Below, piece by piece: positions 59,807 through 64,000 of a DNA stretch of 64,000 nucleotides. Under the pieces are notes generated by a model. That model did not search any database and had not been told where the DNA came from. It saw only the letters and a list, made by a program, of their open reading frames with translations. This stretch comes from Verrucomicrobiia bacterium (GTDB lineage: Bacteria; Verrucomicrobiota; Verrucomicrobiia; Limisphaerales; UBA11358), in contig DASYEY010000126.1 of the NCBI GenBank assembly GCA_036498725.1, positions 3,089-67,088 of the forward strand, written 5' to 3'. Position 1 is the stretch's first letter, and every line of letters begins with the position of its first letter. The position numbers and the translations under genes were made by a program.

Positions 59807-61390
59807 ATGCGTCGCTCATTATCCATTTTGATTCTGCTCCTGGCCGGGTTGCGCGCCGAGGCTGTCATTGATGTTTCGTTGCAGATGCAATTAGGCAATC
59901 CCTCCGGCGCCCAGGCCGATACGAACAATCACGACCATTATCTCATTCAACGCCCGGTTGAGGCCATTGATTACCGCGATAATCTGGGGCAGCCGAATTG
60001 GGCGAGCTGGGATTTGACCGCCGCCGATGTCGGCGACATCAACCGCAACAGTTCGTTTTACACCGATACCAACCTGCCGCCGAATTTTTATCGAGTCACC
60101 CCCGACGATTATGATGGGGTGGGAAATATCGGTTTTGCCCGCGGTCATTTGTGTCCTTCCGAAGATCGTACCGACACGACGAACGACAATAAAATGGTGT
60201 TCTATATGTCCAACATCATGCCGCAGGATGCCATCAATAATTCCGGCGTCTGGGGCACTTTTGAAGGGTATTGCCGCTCACTGACGCAATCGAATGAATT
60301 GCTCATCGTCTGCGGCCCGGGTGGATTTGATGGCACGCGGCTTAATACCAACGGCCCGGTGTTCATTCCAACGTTCGTCTGGAAAATTGCCGTGGTCGTT
60401 CCGCTCGGCAGTGGCACGGCAACCAACCGGATCACCACGGCTACCCGGGTGATCGCGTTGAAAATCCCCAATACGGATGCTGCCACCAATCTTTGGCCGG
60501 AATATGTCACCACGGCTCGCCAGATTGAGGCGGACACCGGTTTAACTTTCTTTACGGGATTGCCGACGAATGTCGCGACGGCCTTGCGCAATAAAGTGGA
60601 CGGCCAGTTCGCCAGCACCCTGGTGGGTTGGGACGTTAGCGGTGTGACCGGAAGCGGCGTGTCACCATTTGCGTCGACCACGAATAGTCCCGGGCTGACG
60701 ATTGGTGGCCTGACGCGTGGCAGTGGCATCACTGCCAGTTCCTTGTCGGGAGGCTGGGGCGGGGCTAATTTCAGTAGTACGACTGCGGCTGCGGCCATTG
60801 CTGCTGATAAAGTTTTTACCTTTAGCGTGATGGCAAAAACCAATTATCAGGTTAATTATACCGCCGTCAGCCAGTTCAGCTATCGTCGTTCCATGACCGG
60901 CCCGACCAACGGGGTTTTGCAGTATGAAATTGACGGCGGCCCCTTCACTGATATTGCTGATTTGTCGTATTCTACGAGTAGTTCTTCCGGTGGGGCGGTC
61001 GGACCAATTGATTTATCGGGAATTGCGGCTTTACAAGGTGTGGGTGCAGGCACAAACGTGACCTTCCGCATTGTCAATTATGACGGCGGCACGTCCGGTA
61101 CATGGTATCTTTTCAAGGACTCCACGCAACCTACCGCCGCCACAGATCTGGAATTGCAGGGTGAAGTATGGCCCAGCAGCCTGCCAATCTTGGCGCTTCA
61201 ATGGATCAATTCGAACTTGATCCTTTCGTGGCCGGTCCTCTATGGCAGTTATACGCTGCAACAGAGTGGCGATCTGGGTGCGGCCGATTGGTTTAATGCC
61301 AATCTTACGACCAGCACGAATAGCGGAATCATCAGCGTGACCGTGCCTTCAACGCAAGGCGCGGCGTTCTTCCGGTTGTTTCATCCTTGA
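59807..61390 (+). CDS. Secreted DNA/RNA non-specific endonuclease (NUC/Endonuclease_NS family) with two C-terminal extra domains
   Basis: Signal peptide 'ILILLLAGLRAEA'. Active-site region 'FARGHLCPSEDR' and 'SNIMPQDAINNSGVW'. About 270 additional C-terminal residues. Confidence 0.85.
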   Translation: MRRSLSILILLLAGLRAEAVIDVSLQMQLGNPSGAQADTNNHDHYLIQRPVEAIDYRDNLGQPNWASWDLTAADVGDINRNSSFYTDTNLPPNFYRVTPDDYDGVGNIGFARGHLCPSEDRTDTTNDNKMVFYMSNIMPQDAINNSGVWGTFEGYCRSLTQSNELLIVCGPGGFDGTRLNTNGPVFIPTFVWKIAVVVPLGSGTATNRITTATRVIALKIPNTDAATNLWPEYVTTARQIEADTGLTFFTGLPTNVATALRNKVDGQFASTLVGWDVSGVTGSGVSPFASTTNSPGLTIGGLTRGSGITASSLSGGWGGANFSSTTAAAAIAADKVFTFSVMAKTNYQVNYTAVSQFSYRRSMTGPTNGVLQYEIDGGPFTDIADLSYSTSSSSGGAVGPIDLSGIAALQGVGAGTNVTFRIVNYDGGTSGTWYLFKDSTQPTAATDLELQGEVWPSSLPILALQWINSNLILSWPVLYGSYTLQQSGDLGAADWFNANLTTSTNSGIISVTVPSTQGAAFFRLFHP

Positions 61391-61565
61391 AGGCGGAGGT
61401 GGCAACTACTCGTAAAATTTCGTTGCGCTTTTGTAACAAAAATTAATCACTAATTTTGCTTGAAATTTAGGCAGTGATGTATAATCTCAAGACGAATTAA
61501 GGAGTAATGACGGAAGCGGTAGTTGATAGATCTAATCAGGGAAACATAAAATTAATACCATCTAC

Positions 61566-62294
61566 ATGAAAAAAGCCTTCATTTTCAATTTGATTACCAT
61601 TGCAACTTTGATTTGCAGTCAATCCAGCAAAGCAGGTACTACCAATACAGTTTATTGGAATTTTAATACTGCCGCCCCAACTTCTGGAGTCTTTTCTGGG
61701 CTGACTGTTTCTTCCTTGAGTCAGGGCAATAATCATGGCACGACCACATTGATTAGCACTACATCAGCTTCATCTGGCTACACTACTGCCGCTGGTTTTA
61801 CTGCCAGCGGAACTGGTAATGCTGGTGCAGCTGTTTTTACCAACGCTCCGTTCAGTACCGCCACTTCGACCTATTTTCAATTTGATGTTTCTCTCTCAGC
61901 CGCCGCTGGTGCAGCGTATCAAGTCAGCCAAATTTACGATATTTCATTGGGGGCGCGTGCAACGTCAACTGGCCCGCAATTGCTTTCATTATATTCCAGT
62001 ACGGATGATTTTACTTCGGATTTTACTTCCATAGCTTCGCTATCAATCCCTAATAATTCTGCTTGGGTGGCTCGTGACTTTTCCAACATTGCGATTAGTC
62101 TTCCCGAAGATGGCAGCACCGTGTCATTTCGAATTTACGCGTCAAATGGTGTGGGAAACGCAACGTCGGGCACAGCTAATTTGCGTATTGATGACTTAAG
62201 TTTTACCGTTTCCTCTGTTCCCGAACCTTCCACCATTGCCTTGGCAACGATGGGTGGTCTCGCCTGTTTGATGGCCGTGCGTCGGAAACGTTGA
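61566..62294 (+). CDS. PEP-CTERM sorting-domain protein
   Basis: Signal peptide 'MKKAFIFNLITIATLICSQSSKA'. C-terminal 'VPEPSTIALATMGGLACLMAVRRKR' (PEP motif + TM + basic tail). The gene is visibly more AT-rich than its neighbours. Confidence 0.85.
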   Translation: MKKAFIFNLITIATLICSQSSKAGTTNTVYWNFNTAAPTSGVFSGLTVSSLSQGNNHGTTTLISTTSASSGYTTAAGFTASGTGNAGAAVFTNAPFSTATSTYFQFDVSLSAAAGAAYQVSQIYDISLGARATSTGPQLLSLYSSTDDFTSDFTSIASLSIPNNSAWVARDFSNIAISLPEDGSTVSFRIYASNGVGNATSGTANLRIDDLSFTVSSVPEPSTIALATMGGLACLMAVRRKR

Positions 62295-62316
62295 TCGGGT
62301 TCGTGGATAATTTGCG

Positions 62317-62346
62317 AAGAGCCGGAGAGATCCGGCTCTTTTTTTA
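62317..62346 (+). terminator. Rho-independent terminator after the PEP-CTERM gene
   Basis: 'AAGAGCCGGAgagaTCCGGCTCTTTTTTTATTTT': perfect 10-bp stem, GAGA loop, T-run. Confidence 0.85.
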
Positions 62347-62413
62347 TTTTCCAGGCGATGATTCAACATGCTTTGCAGAAAAGATCTGGTGGTTTTATGC
62401 TGGGCGAACCCGG

Positions 62414-62448
62414 CCCCTCATCCCGCCCTTCTCCCGCAATAGGAGAAG
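62414..62448. repeat. Family E hairpin repeat, copy 2
   Basis: 'CCCCTCATCCCGCCCTTCTCCcgcaataGGAGAAG'. Shares the 'CCTCA(C/T)CCC..GCCCT(C/T)TCCC' head and the short GGAGAAG stem with 52272-52363. Confidence 0.45.
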
Positions 62449-62727
62449 TTTGCCGTCGCCGGCGATGATTCGTTTGTCCTGCCGCCTTTATCCAGCGCAC
62501 GGTGCGGAAACAATTCCCATTCTCATATCCAGTTGTCCCTTTTGGACGACATTTTAGCCGGGTTAATTATTCAAAATTTCCAGCCGGATTCATCGGATGC
62601 TGCCGGATTCGTTTAAATCCGGTTAATTTTGTAAATTCTGTCGAAAAAAGTTTCTCCAAAGCACATTTACGTGCGAATAAAATGAATTTCATCGCGTTGC
62701 CGTTCCCATTTTGACATCTTTTCCTCG

Positions 62728-63873
62728 ATGACGTGGACGGAAAAACTGCTGACTGAACTCATCGCGCTGCCCAGCGTGAATCCTGCCTTTGCCGCCCACA
62801 GCGGAGTCTCAACAAATTCCAGCCATTCGGTATTTGGTGAAAAAAATGTCGCCGATTTTCTTGCGGCAACGGCGGCGACGGCTGGGTTGGATGTTGAATT
62901 TCAAGCGGTTCTGCCCGGCCGTGCCAATTTGATTGCGCGGTTGCGGCCAAAAAACAAGGTCAAACAGACCATCCTGCTCGCGCCGCACTTGGATACGGTT
63001 GTGGCGGACGAAAAACAATTCACCCCGCAACGCAAAGGCGGGCGGCTTTACGGTCGGGGCGCTTGCGACACGAAAGGGTCGGTTGCCGCCATGCTGTCGG
63101 CCTTGATCGCACTGGCAAAGGCCAAAACGCGTCCGTTGGAAACGGAAATCATCTTTGCCGGATTGATTGATGAGGAGAATGCGCAGGCCGGCTCGCGCGC
63201 CCTCGTCAAAAAATTCAAGGCGGATCTGGCCATCGTCGGCGAGCCAACCCGCTGCCAGATCGTTACGGCGCATAAAGGCAGTCTGTGGCTGCGCCTGGAG
63301 ACGCGCGGACGCGCGGCGCACGGCGCCACGCCGCATCTGGGCAAAAATGCGGTGCATGAAATGGCGAGGGTGGTGGATGTTTTAGAAACGGCGTATGCGG
63401 CGCAATTGCGGCAACGCAAACACAAATTGCTCGGCACTGGTACGGTGAACGTGGGGAAAATTTCGGGTGGCAAGCAGCCTAATATCGTTCCCGATCAGTG
63501 TGAAATTTTGGTGGATCGCCGGACGTTGCCGGGCGAAACCGAAGCTGGTGTCCGGCGTGAGATCATCGCCCGGTTACAGGCGAAAAAATTGTCCGCCCGG
63601 ATTACCAGCGATAAATCAGTGCCTTGCCTGGCGCTGGAGACGGATTATAAACGACCATTGGTGCAGGCGTTTTTCCGCAGCGTTGGGCAGGCCAAGCCGA
63701 TTGGCGTGGATTATTTTTGCGATGCCGCCGTGCTGGCCGCCGGCGGGATTCCCAGCATTGTGTTCGGTCCGGGTGACATCGCGCAGGCGCATACGGCTGA
63801 TGAATGGATTTCGCTGGCGGGGCTTGAACGGGCGCAGGCGCTGCTGGTCAAATTCTTCAATTCATTGCCGTGA
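62728..63873 (+). CDS. M20 family metallopeptidase (ArgE/DapE-like deacylase)
   Basis: 'LLAPHLDTVV', 'GRGACDTKGS', 'GLIDEENAQAGS', 'IVGEPT', 'GPGDIAQAHTADEWI'. Confidence 0.8.
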   Translation: MTWTEKLLTELIALPSVNPAFAAHSGVSTNSSHSVFGEKNVADFLAATAATAGLDVEFQAVLPGRANLIARLRPKNKVKQTILLAPHLDTVVADEKQFTPQRKGGRLYGRGACDTKGSVAAMLSALIALAKAKTRPLETEIIFAGLIDEENAQAGSRALVKKFKADLAIVGEPTRCQIVTAHKGSLWLRLETRGRAAHGATPHLGKNAVHEMARVVDVLETAYAAQLRQRKHKLLGTGTVNVGKISGGKQPNIVPDQCEILVDRRTLPGETEAGVRREIIARLQAKKLSARITSDKSVPCLALETDYKRPLVQAFFRSVGQAKPIGVDYFCDAAVLAAGGIPSIVFGPGDIAQAHTADEWISLAGLERAQALLVKFFNSLP

Positions 63874-64000
63874 TGAAGTTTGCCACCAACCTTCCATGTG
63901 TTACATCGCTGAACATGCTTTAATCCGGCCGAAAAAATAAATTCATGAGTTCAGAAAAGAACGGAATAATACCGACGATTGACCATAAGCCGCATGCGGC

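Noticed and set aside
63945-64000. ATG-initiated open frame running off the right edge ('MSSEKNGIIPTIDHKPHA...')
   Set aside because: Only 18 codons are visible. There is not enough sequence to support a call.
1-64000. tRNA, rRNA, tmRNA or riboswitch genes in intergenic regions
   Set aside because: I scanned the intergenic gaps by eye (for example 12325-12456, 13327-13475, 20069-20366, 25334-25471, 32682-32951, 40646-41023, 57250-57443 and 62295-62727). I saw no cloverleaf-compatible or otherwise recognisable RNA gene. This is a weak negative without tRNAscan or Infernal.

Overview
64-kb chromosomal segment, moderately GC-rich with a few AT-rich islands. It is almost certainly from a PVC-superphylum bacterium, most likely Verrucomicrobiota. 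Supporting this: three prepilin-leader/H-X9-DG pseudopilin-like paralogues, a DUF1592-family/DUF1552 pair, a PEP-CTERM protein, and several very large secreted glycan- or surface-related proteins. About 45 protein-coding genes are supportable. Housekeeping genes (rnr, korAB, pepP, thrS, trpC, prfB, rho, panB, pyrE, ptsN, argS) alternate with accessory genes. I saw no rRNA, tRNA or CRISPR array by eye. What stands out: (1) A 2,324-aa secreted protein made of four complete seven-bladed FG-GAP propellers on a tail-fibre-like stalk. It is bracketed by two same-orientation copies of a ~120-nt structured repeat and preceded by a WYL regulator. (2) A REP/RAYT locus where the REP palindrome also occurs as an in-frame doublet inside the RAYT gene. 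(3) A 441-bp GxxExxY (PD-(D/E)XK) gene cassette with 26-bp terminal inverted repeats built from CACAGAG heptads, wedged between prfB and trpC, with solo or degenerate copies elsewhere. (4) An AT-rich, exactly in-frame 291-bp insertion flanked by 13-bp direct repeats inside argS, plus a ~70-aa charged insertion in thrS. (5) A GH20 hexosaminidase carrying a tandemly duplicated ~595-aa module. (6) An SPS-like gene followed by an SPP-like HAD::GH100-like fusion. (7) A secreted nuclease that shares one domain with the adjacent PEP-CTERM protein and a C-terminal module with the LamG protein at the other end of the window. (8) The prfB +1 frameshift and a 57-aa CPXCG ORF, both missed by the ORF track. 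All domain calls come from motif recognition by eye; no database searches or computations were run.
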